DNA from: Octopus bimaculoides
Lineage: Eukaryota
NCBI RefSeq assembly: GCF_001194135.2
Contig: NC_068981.1
Span: 157,271,320 to 157,335,319, forward strand
Reading direction: 5' to 3'
DNA length: 64,000 nucleotides
This document shows positions 24,255 to 36,137 of this stretch, piece after piece. Below the pieces are notes generated by a model. It had not been told where the DNA came from. It did not search any database and was given only the letters and a program-made list of their open reading frames with translations. The stretch's first letter is position 1, and the number at the start of each line of letters is the position of its first letter. Made by a program: the position numbers and the translations under genes.

Positions 24255-24289
24255 GTCTAGTGCTTCTGATATGTAATATTTCACTCAAG

Positions 24290-24512
24290 AAAGGCAGTGA
24301 ACTGGTAGAAATTCTAGCATGCCAGGCAAAATGCTAAGCAGAATCTTGTCCATCTTTATGTTTTGAGTTCAAATTCCACCAAGGTTGACTTTGCCTTCCA
24401 TCCTTTCGGGGTTGATAAAATATACCAGTTGATCCCTGATGGGGGTGGGTATGTAATCGACTTACTCCACCACCCAGAATTGCTGGCCTTGTGCCAAAAT
24501 TTGGAACTAATA
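24290..24512 (+). mobile_element. SINE family 2 copy
   Basis: Family core and GCCTTGTGCCAAAATTTG tail. Confidence 0.7.
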
Positions 24513-25269
24513 TTTCACTGAAGAGCCAATGAGGGAACCTCTACAACACAGTTCCTCGAAACTACTTTTACTTGTGGCCTACTTTAGGACAAGTTAAAGT
24601 AGGTTGGGATGCTTGATGTATAAAATAAAACATTAAATGATGTTTAGATATCTAAGCTTCATCATCATCATCATCGTTTAACGTCCGCTTTCCATGCTAG
24701 CATGGGTTGGACGATTTGATTGAGGACTGGTGAACCAGGTGGTCACACCAGGCTCCAATCTGATTTGGCAGAGTTTCTACAGCTGGATGCCCTTCCTAAC
24801 ACCAACCATTTAAACAACAGAAAATTATTAAGTACTTATTTCTTCAGTCAATAAATGAAACAGAGTTATCAAAGACCTCATAGTTTGAATTTCAATTGCA
24901 TTTTCCACATATTCAAATACATTTTTGCAGCACACATAGGTATGCCTAGCAGTACACTAGTATGCTCTGTTGCACTATTTTAGAACCAGGGCTCTGTGCA
25001 GTTGATCAATTTGCAAGAAACAGTAGCTACATTCCCCTTAAACCATACACTACCACCTTAAAAGAAAGGACACATTAAATAATGTAGTCCTGGATTTACA
25101 AAAGCAAAAAAAGAAAAAGTGCAGGCATGACTGGATGGTTAAGAAGCTTGCTTCCCAACCATTTGGCTTCAGGTTCATTCTCACTGCACAACACAGCACC
25201 TCAGGTAAGAATCTTCTACTAAGAATTGTGAGTAGATTTGGTAGACAGAAACTAAAAGAAGCTCATTTA

Positions 25270-26640
25270 TCTCTCTATATATAAAAATGAGAATGTTTGT
25301 CTGTGTGTGTCTGGCTGTAGGAATCCCTAAAACTCGAGAACTACCTAACCGATTTTGTTAAAATTTTATATATGCCTTACTTACGGTCCATGCAGGGTCA
25401 TGGGCCAAAAAAATTTTCAACTTCTTGCCTAATGCGAGCCCAGAGCAATATCTTATCTCTTACACTATTTCAGTATTACGTGTCAAAAGTGAAACAATAA
25501 CATCTCTCTATTGCAATGTGAGATACTTTCACTATTAAAGTGAAACTATTACCTCACATATATATATACATGCATACATACATACATACATATTCGTCAT
25601 AAGCACTCTACCCCTTCTACTAATAACTGTTGGGAACCCTTTCAGACCTGCCTTACATTCGAACCAGAATCTCAAAAACATTGTCCCCTTACATCTCGTT
25701 CTCAATTCATTCCCACGACAGGGAAATAAAACTTACTTCTCACAACAGGACAATGGAAGATGGTAATAAACATTAACCACATGCTACCTTGTCAAATGAA
25801 ATATATTGTCATCCACAATATATGCACAAGACATTTTGACACTTGGTGATGGCAAGGTGCCTCTCGATGCTGCAGGAGAAATGGAAGTGTGGCCATTTTT
25901 CTCTGTTGTTAATTCTGTGGATGAGCTCAAACACAAAGTCTTTCATAACTTCACAGAAAACTACCAAAATCACAATTGGCTGTGTGAAAGAGCAATATTA
26001 GCTCCAAAAAACGTTGCTGTTAAAAAAATAAATCAACAGCTAATGCATTCTCTTCCCAGCACTCTTCACACTTACAAGTCTGTTGATACAGTTCCAGATA
26101 AAAATGAAGTGGTGAACTATCCTCCTGAATTTCTCAATTCGTTGGAGCCTCCTGGACTACCTCCCGACATTTCAGCACTTGAAGTTGGAACTCCGGTAAT
26201 GCTACTCCACAATCTGGAACAACCAAGACTTTGCAATGGAACACAACTGGTGAAAAAGAAAATGATGTCACAAGTTATCGAGGCTATCATTCTTTCTGGA
26301 TGTGGAAAAAATGATGACATCTTCATTCCAAAAATTCCTCTTACTCCATCAGGAGCAGAAATTTCATTTATGTTCAGAAGACTGCAATCCCCGCTTCACG
26401 TCAGTTTTGCCATGTCCATTAACAAATCTCAGGGTCAAACCCTCTCTGTGGCTGGTCTTCTCTTGAAAGAGCTCTGCTTCTCGCATGGACCACTGTATGT
26501 TGGCTGCTCAAGAGTGGGAAGCAAGAAAAACCTCTTTACATATGCTCCACAAGGAAAAACAAGGAACGTTGTTTACAACAAGGTGTTATAATCACAGCAG
26601 CTAGGATATATGTACATGATCACCTTTTTTTTTACCAAAC
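25270..26640 (+). mobile_element. Internally deleted Helitron carrying a PIF1 helicase remnant
   Basis: A|TC 5' terminus shared with 9805-11058; helicase ORF inside; no Rep domain and no 3' hairpin seen; splits a family-3 SINE. Confidence 0.8.
25806..26591 (+). pseudogene. PIF1-family (Helitron RepHel) helicase C-terminal fragment, 261 open codons
   Basis: Motifs WLCERAILAPKN, YPPEFLNSLxPPGLP, LCNGT, FAMSINKSQGQTL, FSHGxLYVGCSRV. Confidence 0.85.
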
Positions 26641-26713
26641 TTCATGTACTTTCATGTATTTATATTGATATACATATATGTGTGTGTTTGTGTGTGTATC
26701 AATATATATATGT

Positions 26714-27082
26714 GGAGGCGCAATGGCCCAGTGGTTAGGGCAGCGGACTCGTGGTTTCGATTCCCAGACTGGGCGTTGTGAATGTTTATTGAGCGAAAAC
26801 ACCTAAAGCTCCACGAGGTTCCGGCAGGGGATGGTGGCGAACCCTGCTGTACTCTTTCACCACAACTTCCTCTCACTCTTACTTCCTGTTTCTGTTGTGC
26901 CTGTAATTCAAAGGGTCAGCCTTGTCACACTGTGTCACGCTGAATATCCCCGAGAACTACGTTAAGGGTACATGTGTCTGTGGAGTGCTCAGCCACTTGC
27001 ACGTTAATTTCACGAGCAGGCTGTTCCGTTGATCGGATCAACTGGAACCCTTGACGCCGTAAGCGATGGAGTGCCAACAACA

Positions 27083-27093
<11 letters not shown>
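26714..27093 (+). mobile_element. SINE family 1 copy
   Basis: GGAGGCGCAATGGCCCAGTGGTTAGGGC head and (CAA)n tail. Confidence 0.9.
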
Positions 27094-27113
<20 letters not shown>

Positions 27114-27620
27114 CTACATTGCTTGCCAACTAATGTTGGTATGTTTACGTCCCCATAAATTAGTAGCTTCATAAAAGTGACCAATAGAATGAGTACTTGG
27201 GATTAATTTGTTTGACTAAAGGCAATGCTCTAGTAACGCCACAGTAAAAGACAAGAATAAACAAATATTTCACTCCTGAGCAACGCCGTGTGTGTTTATC
27301 CACTCTTATCTTGACATCACATGATGGCTCAGGAGAAACATTACCTTGCAAGGATGGTAGCCGAGCTGGAGCACCGCCTCAAAGGGTTTTAGTCAAACAA
27401 ATTGCTCCTTGTGTTTATTTCTTAATACCTAGTATTTATTCTATAGGTTCCTTTTGCTGAACCACTAGGTGAAGGGGACTTGACAAACAAACACACACAC
27501 ACATATAATCAAAGGGCGTCTTCCAGTTTCTCTGTCTGCCAAATCTATGCAGAAGGCTTTGGTTGGCCTGGGGATGAAGTGAAGAACAGAGAGCAAAGAA
27601 AATGACAAAGTTAGAAATAC

Positions 27621-27796
27621 CTTGAATCAAATTTGGGTAGACATATTGGTGTCCATGATTCCGCTGCCTTGAAAGACTCTGATGCATTGACAAGGTTAAT
27701 AATAAGATGGAGATCCACTGGATGTAGGAAGTATTTTTTCATTCGGACTAATGTTACTAACTGACTGCTGGCAATGATAAGGGCAAAAACTAGATC
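27621..27796 (-). CDS. MON1: MON1 exon 4 (DLVFALIIA...LHPVDLHLIINLV...ESWTPICLPKFDS)
   Basis: MON1 motifs LHPxDLHLIxNLV and ESWTPICLPKFD; GT-AG borders; 176 nt. Confidence 0.95.
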
Positions 27797-28083
27797 CTGC
27801 AAACAGAAGTTGAAGTGGTTAGTTTTTAGAACAGTAAGTATTCAGTGAATTTTATGTTATTATTTCAGGGAAGGTAACTTTGCTGTCAAAACGGTGAAGA
27901 CGTTTAAAGAATAAAACTGGTGTTCATTTAAAAGCTGTTGAAGGAAATAAACATTGGGAACAGAAGAAAAAAAAAAAAAACATATGCAATTAGGTTATTA
28001 AATTAAGGGCTGTTTTCAAGAATTACCAGTGTTTAACACTAATTATAAACATTTTGTCAGTAATGCAAGTTATATAACATATA

Positions 28084-28300
28084 CGAGGGGGTGCTGAAAA
28101 GTTCTTGGCTATTGGTAAAAGAAAATACAGGAGGATTAGTTAATTATGATTTTATTCAACATATTCCTCTCTCAGATTCACACACTTATTGCAGTGGTCC
28201 GTCTATCTTTCTAAGCCCTGTAAAAGAACTCAGAAGATTGGGCCTCTAATCAGGCTTTTCATGATATCCCTAAAGCCAGGAGCTTTTCAGCACCCTCTTG
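28084..28300. mobile_element. Mariner-type MITE, 217 bp
   Basis: TIRs CGAGGGGGTGCTGAAAAGTTCTTGGCT / AGCCAGGAGCTTTTCAGCACCCTCTTG; TA on both sides. Confidence 0.85.
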
Positions 28301-28454
28301 TATATAAAACAAAACAATAAATGACCATATCGTAATGTATAAAGACATATGAACTTCATTATGAATACATTTTATTTGCAATGTGCACCTAATGTACCTG
28401 TAATCTACACATATTGTGCATGAACACATTATACATGTAATATTTATGTCATTA

Positions 28455-29401
28455 TTGGCGTTAGGAAGGGTACTTGGTGTCAACGGCAGTTCCAGAAATT
28501 CCAAGCTGGAAGCTACAGCCTAGAAGATGACCTTTGTCCTGGAAGATCTGTAGAGCTCAACAAGGACGTCCTACAAACCCTGGTGGAACAAAACCCCATT
28601 GTAACAGAGAAGCTTGGATTTGGTCATTTAACCATTCATCAACACCTGCATGCCATTGGGAAAGTCAGCAAATTGGATCAATGCTTTCCTCACAAACTTT
28701 CTGAGTCTAATTGCACACAGAGAGTGAATGTGTACTCTTCTTTGCTGCAATGTCTCATGAATGAACCTTTTTTGGACTGAATAGTAACTGGTGATGAGGA
28801 AAGGGTTCTCTATAAAAATGTAAAGTGCCGAAGACAGTGGGTGGGGAAAGGAGAAACACCAGCACCCAAGGCAAAAGAATGTTTTCACCCATGTAAGGTG
28901 TTGTTATCTGTTTGGTGGGATATAAAAGGTTTAGTCCACTTTGAACTTTTAGGCCCAAACCAAACAGTAGCAAAAACTTTAGAAGGAAAATGACTTCTTT
29001 GGTTTCAAGATGAAAGGTGTTCTTCCATCAGGATAATGGTCAGTCACATACAGCAAGGATGACATTCCAAAGGCTAGAGCAGTTTGAATGGGAAATGATG
29101 CCCCCACCCACCATATTTGCCAGACATTGCTCCATCTTATTATCATTTATTCTGCAGTCTTCAAAATCATTAGGACAGAAAAAATATGAATTCTGTAGAT
29201 GAGGTCAGAACAGTTGTGGAGGAGTATTTTTCATCATGGACAAGTGAACTTTGGAAAAGGGGCCTTGCAAGTCTACCAGATAGATGGAGGAGCATTGTAG
29301 AAAGTGAAGGAGAGTATATTTTAGATTATAAAAAGAACTTTGTTTATCTTAATTTTGAAAAATAAAAGAAGTGTAAAAAAACCGCATTATTTATGGGATG
29401 A

Positions 29402-29405
<4 letters not shown>
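28455..29405 (+). mobile_element. Decayed mariner transposon: transposase pseudogene plus 3' TIR
   Basis: Remnants SLED..GRS, VTGDE, KVLLSVWWD, FHQDN, eroded YSPDxAP, SLPDRW..VESEGEY; end CCGCATTATTTATGGGATGACCAA|TA. Confidence 0.85.
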
Positions 29406-29437
<32 letters not shown>

Positions 29438-30327
29438 TACATCATGTAAATGAATATAAGGGTGACGGTGAATAAGTTCTTCTTGTTTCAATAGCATCTC
29501 ATAATGGTAGGTAAAGTAACTGTGATGCAACCCAAGGGCAACCAAAATTGAGTTTATGAACAAATAAATCTAAGTGTCCTGTCCAACAGTTTGGTATCCT
29601 GCTGTGTTAAGTTGACCATGAACAAATGATTTCCTTTGAAGTAGAATGCTTACACGCATAAGAGATAAGGAATTCTTCCAGTCTATAAATTTACATTACA
29701 ATCTTAGAACGATCATCGATCTTCTTTGTAAAAGTCAAGACATGTCTATGTTAAAGAATGGAGTGCTTGAGTGGTTTGTTTATTTCATATTTTGTTTTCT
29801 TTTACTTCCATTAATTTATTTTGGACAGTTTATTTATTTTATACTTTATATTTTTGATTTTTATTTCTATTATTTTTATTTTGGGTATTTTTTTAATATT
29901 TTGTATCTCATTGTATTTCTGTGTTGCCCTTTGTCAATGGAGGGTCGGTAGTTTCATAAGAATGTGAGGGGAGAGTAATAGCTGGTTAAGGATGTGATTA
30001 GAGGTGGGTGAGAATGACTAGATATGTGAGGTGTTAAGATGGAATATAGCAGAGAAGTGATATCAAAAGGCACAATGAAGAGCTGTTTGGCGAGAATAGT
30101 AAGAGAAGGGAAGGGAGGATAATGAGAATAAAGGACAGAAGATTCCAAAGTGAGGAAGTGACTAGTATTGCATTAAAAATGACAAGAGAGAAATTAACTA
30201 ATAACATAATGCAAACATCAACAAACAAACAAAATTGTGAGATGAAATTAACAAAGTGAAATAAGCTTTAGTGTTTCAATTCTGATGTTGTGATGAAAGG
30301 AGGAAGAGGAGTAGCAGTAAACATTAC

Positions 30328-30769
30328 CTTCACTTTACAATGCTGCACAATGGCCTGAGCTATAGTATCACGAATTGATCCTTCGAGGGGCAGACATCGG
30401 ACAGCCCCGAGTAAGAAACCAGGCTCACTGTCCATCATATTGAGTAAATTGTCGATAAATTTCTCAGCACCACTAAGAAGACGCCGGAGGTCAAAGTTGT
30501 GTCGCTGTTTGAAGATCTTGGCCAATTGACTGAGAGTAAGGACACTGATGATCTGATTGTAGACGTAGGACAGTTGCAGGAGTAGCTGGTGGGTGGAATC
30601 AGGACCACGAGAGACACCAACTAGAAAGAGGTGTTCTCGAAGAAGGAAGACAAATCGATGATCTCCAGCTACGATACATCGGATGCTGTCCTTCTCAGAG
30701 TTTGTAACAAATGAAACCAAAGCTTGCATGACTCCCATCAAAGTAACTAGATTATCTTCATTGCCAAAT
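30328..30769 (-). CDS. MON1: MON1 exon 3 (RFGNEDNLVTLMGVMQALVSFV...FDLRRLLSGAEKF...VRCLPL...HCKVK)
   Basis: Conserved MON1 motifs GVMQALVSF, FDLRRLL and VRCLPL; TTGCAG| acceptor, AAG|GTAATG donor; 442 nt. Confidence 0.95.
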
Positions 30770-32499
30770 CTGCAAAGAGAAATCAATATGATCATCACCA
30801 TATGTAACTATTTTTATCTTAGTGAATAAAAATTTAATCTATTTAGGTTCATAATAATAATGTCTAATATATAAAACAGAGATGTGTGCATATTTACTTT
30901 TCATGCGAAAACTGCTTCACCAATTACTTCCATACTTGTGATGTATGAATAATTTGACCTCGAACATATAATAGGGTCTTCATTTGATTTTTTTTATTTA
31001 AAATTATTATTCACATCTTTCAAAGATTTTAATATTTTTGCTTCCAGTTTTCTAGCATCAGTGATGTAACATACCTCTCTATCTCTTTCTCTCTGTAACA
31101 TATCTCTCTGTCTATGTCTCTTGTTTTCACTTGTCTAAGTTTTGAATCACTATTTACAAACAAATGATGATAAATTACTGAAAGAAGTTCACAATTACTG
31201 ATGTAAGTAATTTCATAATTTACTGACAGAAGTATCTGCATAAATTTCACTTCAATCCATATGTCATGTGTTTTTCTGTCATTGACGGTTTCTTTCTGGT
31301 TCCTTTGCTAATGGCTCCTTGGTTCACTGAGTGACAAATTTCACTTCAACCCATACAATACTTTATTTTCCATTAAAATTTCTTATTTACTTTCTGCCCA
31401 TCGTATTAAGAAACATAATTTCCGTTACCAAGTTATTTTCATTGTTTACTATCTTCTGCACTCATGTATTTCTGTATACATATATAACCATACGTAGAAG
31501 GAAAGTGTCAAATTTGTTGACATAACTACAGATTTCTGCCCCCCACCCCACAAATTTTGATGATTATAACATTCAGAAAAATGGATATTTTTTAATAAAA
31601 TTTGCTACGAATATGTGTTATATCATGTCCATTTGGAATATATAAAATTTGGGAGAGGGGGTGGGGAATTTCTGAAAATTCACCGGAGTCTACTTCAATT
31701 CGTCTTAACTTTCAAGAAAATGGATATTATTTAATGAAATTCTCTACAAATATACCTTGGAATATTATTACATTAGCAACTTTTAGTATTGACATAAAAA
31801 CGGCGAAGTCTCCCCTGTATAATTTCTATGTTTTCATTTCAAGTTTTAATTTGCAATTTGTAAACAACTACCATAAATTACTGAAAGAAATATTTACTAA
31901 GTTCACAGATTTAAATATTCCATAAAAGATAGTTTTCAATGTGCTTTTATTTATACGATTTTTTCATTCCATATCCACCTCATTCATTGTTTGCAATGTT
32001 CTCTCTCTCTCTCACACACACACACACTCCAGGTTTGATTTCTTTATTACACAAATATCAAGTTTAAATTTTGCAATTCAACATGGGGCGTCCAAAAAAT
32101 ATGAGCATTAATTCATTAATTTACGTAAATTTTTTTATTTCTTTTCTTTTCTGTGCTCTGTTCAGCTCTATGTATTTATAAGTCACACACACACACGTTT
32201 TTGTAGGTACGTTTGTATACATTTATGCATGGTGTGTGTCTGTGTGTGAGTGAGTGAAGAAGCGTGTTGTCATGTATTTGTACATACATAAATACATATG
32301 TATACATCTTTTTTGTATGTATATGTGTGTGTGTGAGTGAGAGAGAGAGAGAGAGAGTGATGTCTAAGTGGCACTCTCTCTCTCTCACACAAGATGTATG
32401 CCTATTTCTTTATGTATATACATATACATGACGACACACCCCTTCACTCACTGTCTGTCTGTCTCTCTCACACACGTCTATTTCATCTGATGTTCGATA

Positions 32500-34056
32500 C
32501 TGTATATGAATCTGTTTGTGGGTGTGCAGTATTCCACAATCGTTTGAAAAAAGCAGAGGAATTCTTTTTCTTGATGCTCCTGGTGACACAGGTAAAACAT
32601 TTGTAACATTGCTTCTGTCCAAAGGCAACAAAAATAAAAAAAATTGCAGTTGCTGTACCATTGTATGGCTTTGCTGTCACCATTCTCCCAGGAGGACGAA
32701 CAGCTCATTCTGCTTTTAAATCACCACTAAACCTAGTCACAGGTGACAGTCTAATTTGTAACATAAGCTATGATTCAGGTTCAGCAGAAGTGTTGTGCTA
32801 ATGCCACCTTATCATTTGGGATGGATGCACCATGTCACATAGAGGTGCAATGGAAGCTCTTGATAAGACCTTACAGGACATCAGAGGCAACAATAAATTT
32901 ATGGGAGGAGTTACATTAATTTCATCAGGAGACTTCAGACAGACATTACCAGTCATTCTGAGATAAACAACATCTGATGAAATAAAAGCATGCATTAAGT
33001 CTTCACACCTATGGAATAAAGTACTGAAATTCTCCTTCAATACTAACGTGCGAGCTTCATTACATGGGGACCAATGTGCAAAGCAGTTTTCAACCTGGCT
33101 CCTATAATTAGGAAATGGGAAAATATCATTTGATGGGAATGATGATATCAGTTTAGCTCATATTGCTATCACGGTGAATTCCCCAGCTGAATTGAAGAAA
33201 AGCATATTGCCAGACTTAAGTAATAATCATAATTCACAGAAATGGTTGTGTGAAAGGGCAATTCTTACTCCAAAAAATGAGACAGTAGCCAGAATTAACC
33301 ATGAATTAATGGATAAAATTTCAACAGTCATTAATGAGTACAAATCAGTTGATTCAGTCCTTCATGAAAATCAAGCTGTTCATTACCCAACAAAGTTCTT
33401 TAATTCTCTTGAGCCACCTGGAATTCCTCTACATAAACTTTTTCTGAAGAAATTTAGATCCTCCTAAATTATGCAATGGGCAAGGTTGTGAAGACATTAT
33501 CACCTAATGTGACAGAAGCTCCCATCATCACTGGATGTGCCTCTGGGGAAGCGGTTTCCATTCCAAGAATTCTAATCAAACCAACAGATATGCCCTTTCA
33601 GTTCAAACGAACACAATTCCCAGTGTGACTTTGCTTTGCAATGTCTATCAATAAAACTCAAGGTCAGTCTTTGAAATCTACTGGCTTGCTTTTCTCATGG
33701 TCATCTTTATTGGTTGCTCCAGGGTAGGTAGTTTGCAAGACTTATTTGTCTATGCTCCAAACCAGAAAACAAAGAATGTTGTTTACCCAGAAGCTATACA
33801 TAATTTCCTTCAACATATGTGGTAGAATTTATCTCCTTTCATAAAAGTGGTAAATTTTATATTTTCGTTTATTATTATTATTATTATTTTGTATTACGAA
33901 TTCAGAATTGATTTCCCAATTAAAGAATAAATTGTATCCCAATTGAAAAATAAATTGAATTTAGAATAACAAATTTCTATACAACATGTTTTGCTTTTTT
34001 CTTCTAATATGTAAGGAAAAGTTTCATTCCCGGGCAATGTTGGGTGCCTCTGCTAG
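32500..34056 (+). mobile_element. Helitron 3' part with frameshifted PIF1 helicase
   Basis: FFLDAPGDTGKTF (motif I), GRTAHSAF, LIIWDxxTM, GDFRQTLPVI, WLCERAILTPKN; ends CCCGGGCAATGTTGGG hairpin then CTAG|T at 34053-34057. 5' boundary not defined. Confidence 0.85.
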
Positions 34057-34367
34057 TTGATCTAAATGAGAGAACTTATATGTGATTCTCCTACCCCACT
34101 GCTAATAATAAGCTACCATTTTCTTCAGTCTCATTTCATTATATCGTATTTGTTTTCTTCACAGGCTTGGATGAGTTTGAATGGCTATGGCTGTTACTAC
34201 AGCAACTGTATGATACATGAAATGCCAGGCATATAACACAGATATGATAGCATTAAGTAATTACATTATGTACTGCAATATGTCAACAATAATGTCATTG
34301 GTTATAGGTTTCCAGTAGATCAATCAGTGCTACTTTAGTGTATGGTCTACCACAGTATCCATAGTTC

Positions 34368-34541
34368 ATGCTGTGAAATGACCTAATCTGGGTTGGGATT
34401 AAGGTTAGGGTTTAGAGTTAGGGTTAGGTTTTAGGGTTTATGGTTAAGGTTAGCATTAGAGTTAGGAGTTAGAATTAAGAGTTAGTATTTGGGTTAAACT
34501 GTATGCTTAAGTGGCGCCAACTAATCATTGCTTCACAGCAT
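34368..34541. repeat. Degenerate (TTAGGG)n-like array between short inverted repeats
   Basis: About 15-18 GGGTTA/AGGTTA/GAGTTA units; ATGCTGTGAA at 34368-34377 and TTCACAGCAT at 34532-34541. Confidence 0.65.
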
Positions 34542-35410
34542 ACCTGATGGTAAGTGAGCAAAGGGAGTATCTATACCCTCAGCACAGAACAGATATCTAA
34601 ATAGGCTTTGTTTGCACAGTGCTGTTTTTTTTTTTTGGTATACTCACACACATTCCAAGGTCTTTGCATAATTTATGTTTAATGAATTCCATTAATATAG
34701 CAGTAGTCAACTTGAGACTACATTAAAAGACTTGTCTAAAGTATTTCACAGTGGTATTGAACCTGAAACCATATGGTTAAGAATTGAGCTTCTTAAAAAC
34801 AGTCATGCCTGTTTAGAGATGTAGTAATTCAAGATAAATACTATTCATGTGCATTAAAGATATTGTTTCTGGTGTTGTTTAGGTCCAGGTCAATCTATCC
34901 ATAACTACCCTGTCTTTTCCTACATGCAGTAAACCCAGGATTACATTATCTATATCTTATTCTAAGACAGTGGGGTGTGATTTGAGGGCTATTTAGCTGC
35001 TTTTTCTAGCAGATCAAGCAACCACAAAGAGTCTCTCTCATGTAGTGTATACATGTACAGAGATATGGAAAAATCTGTGTGAAGGGAAGAATGTACTTTC
35101 AACAGCAGGGGTGTATGTGTGAGTGCATATGTTGTGCATGTATCTGTCTAATGTACTATCATAACTAACTAAAGAAGTGTAATAATTACATAGACATTAC
35201 TATGTTTTTAATTTTTCATCTATAAAGGAGGCACAGTGACCATAGCTTTTACAGCTTTAGTAGATTTGAAATAAAGATAACTGTGGGAGTATTGAAAGTG
35301 TAACAACAACGTCTGCTTAAATTTACATCAGCTAGGTTAGCAGGAAAAAAAAAAAGATGGATTTGATGAGGAGATGGAAAAAGAGTGTATGTATTTATAA
35401 CCAAACTCAC

Positions 35411-35637
35411 CTGGAATATACTGGCTTCCCAGCTTCACTAAGTATGAAAACATGTTTTTTGTGATGGCGCCAAGCTGGGTGATTGACATCTTCACCATCA
35501 CTGATGGTATCTGCTGACATGCGCATCCAGTTTGGTCCAGCACTACCCCCTGCATTGCTATCTGAAGACAAATTCATTTCTTCAATATTACTGATCACTT
35601 CTGCAGGTACACTTGTTTCCTGGGATTCAGGTTCTTC
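35411..35637 (-). CDS. MON1: MON1 exon 2 (EEPESQ...[21 protein letters not shown])
   Basis: [16 protein letters not shown] is the hallmark start of MON1 longin domain 1; TTTGCAG| acceptor, AG|GTGAGT donor; 227 nt. Confidence 0.93.
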
Positions 35638-35753
35638 CTGCAAAAAACCATGGTATTGCATGCAATTAACAATTAAGGCAAGATAGAGACAGTGACATAC
35701 ACAAAGTCACTCATGATATTCTGATAGGGCTGAAGATATACGATACTCATTTT

Positions 35754-36137
35754 CATTTACTTGTTTCAGTCATTTGACTGTGGCCATGCTGGAGCACTGC
35801 CTTTAGTCGAGCAAATCGACCCCAGGACTTATTCTTTGTAAGCCTAGTACTTATTCTATCGGTCACTTTTTGCCGAACCACTAAGCTATGGGGACATAAA
35901 CACACCAGCATCGGTTGTCAAGCGATGGTGGGGGACAAACACAGATACACAAACATATATATATACATATATACGACAGGCTTCTTTCAGTTTCCATCTA
36001 CCAAATCCACTCACAAGGCTTTGGTTGGCCCGAGGCTATAGTAGAAGACATTAGCCCAAAGTGCCACACAGTGGGACTGAACCCGGGACCATGTGGTTGG
36101 TAAGCAAGCTACTTACCACATAGCCACTCCTGCGCCT
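35754..36137 (-). mobile_element. SINE family 3, full length
   Basis: Reverse complement of family head, core and tail. Confidence 0.85.

Noticed and set aside
25806-26591. Host PIF1 helicase gene
   Set aside because: Intronless, lacks the N-terminal helicase motifs, lies inside Helitron sequence and is antisense within a MON1 intron.
34395-34500. True telomere or chromosome-fusion site
   Set aside because: Short, degenerate, single orientation and intronic; no head-to-head TTAGGG/CCCTAA junction.
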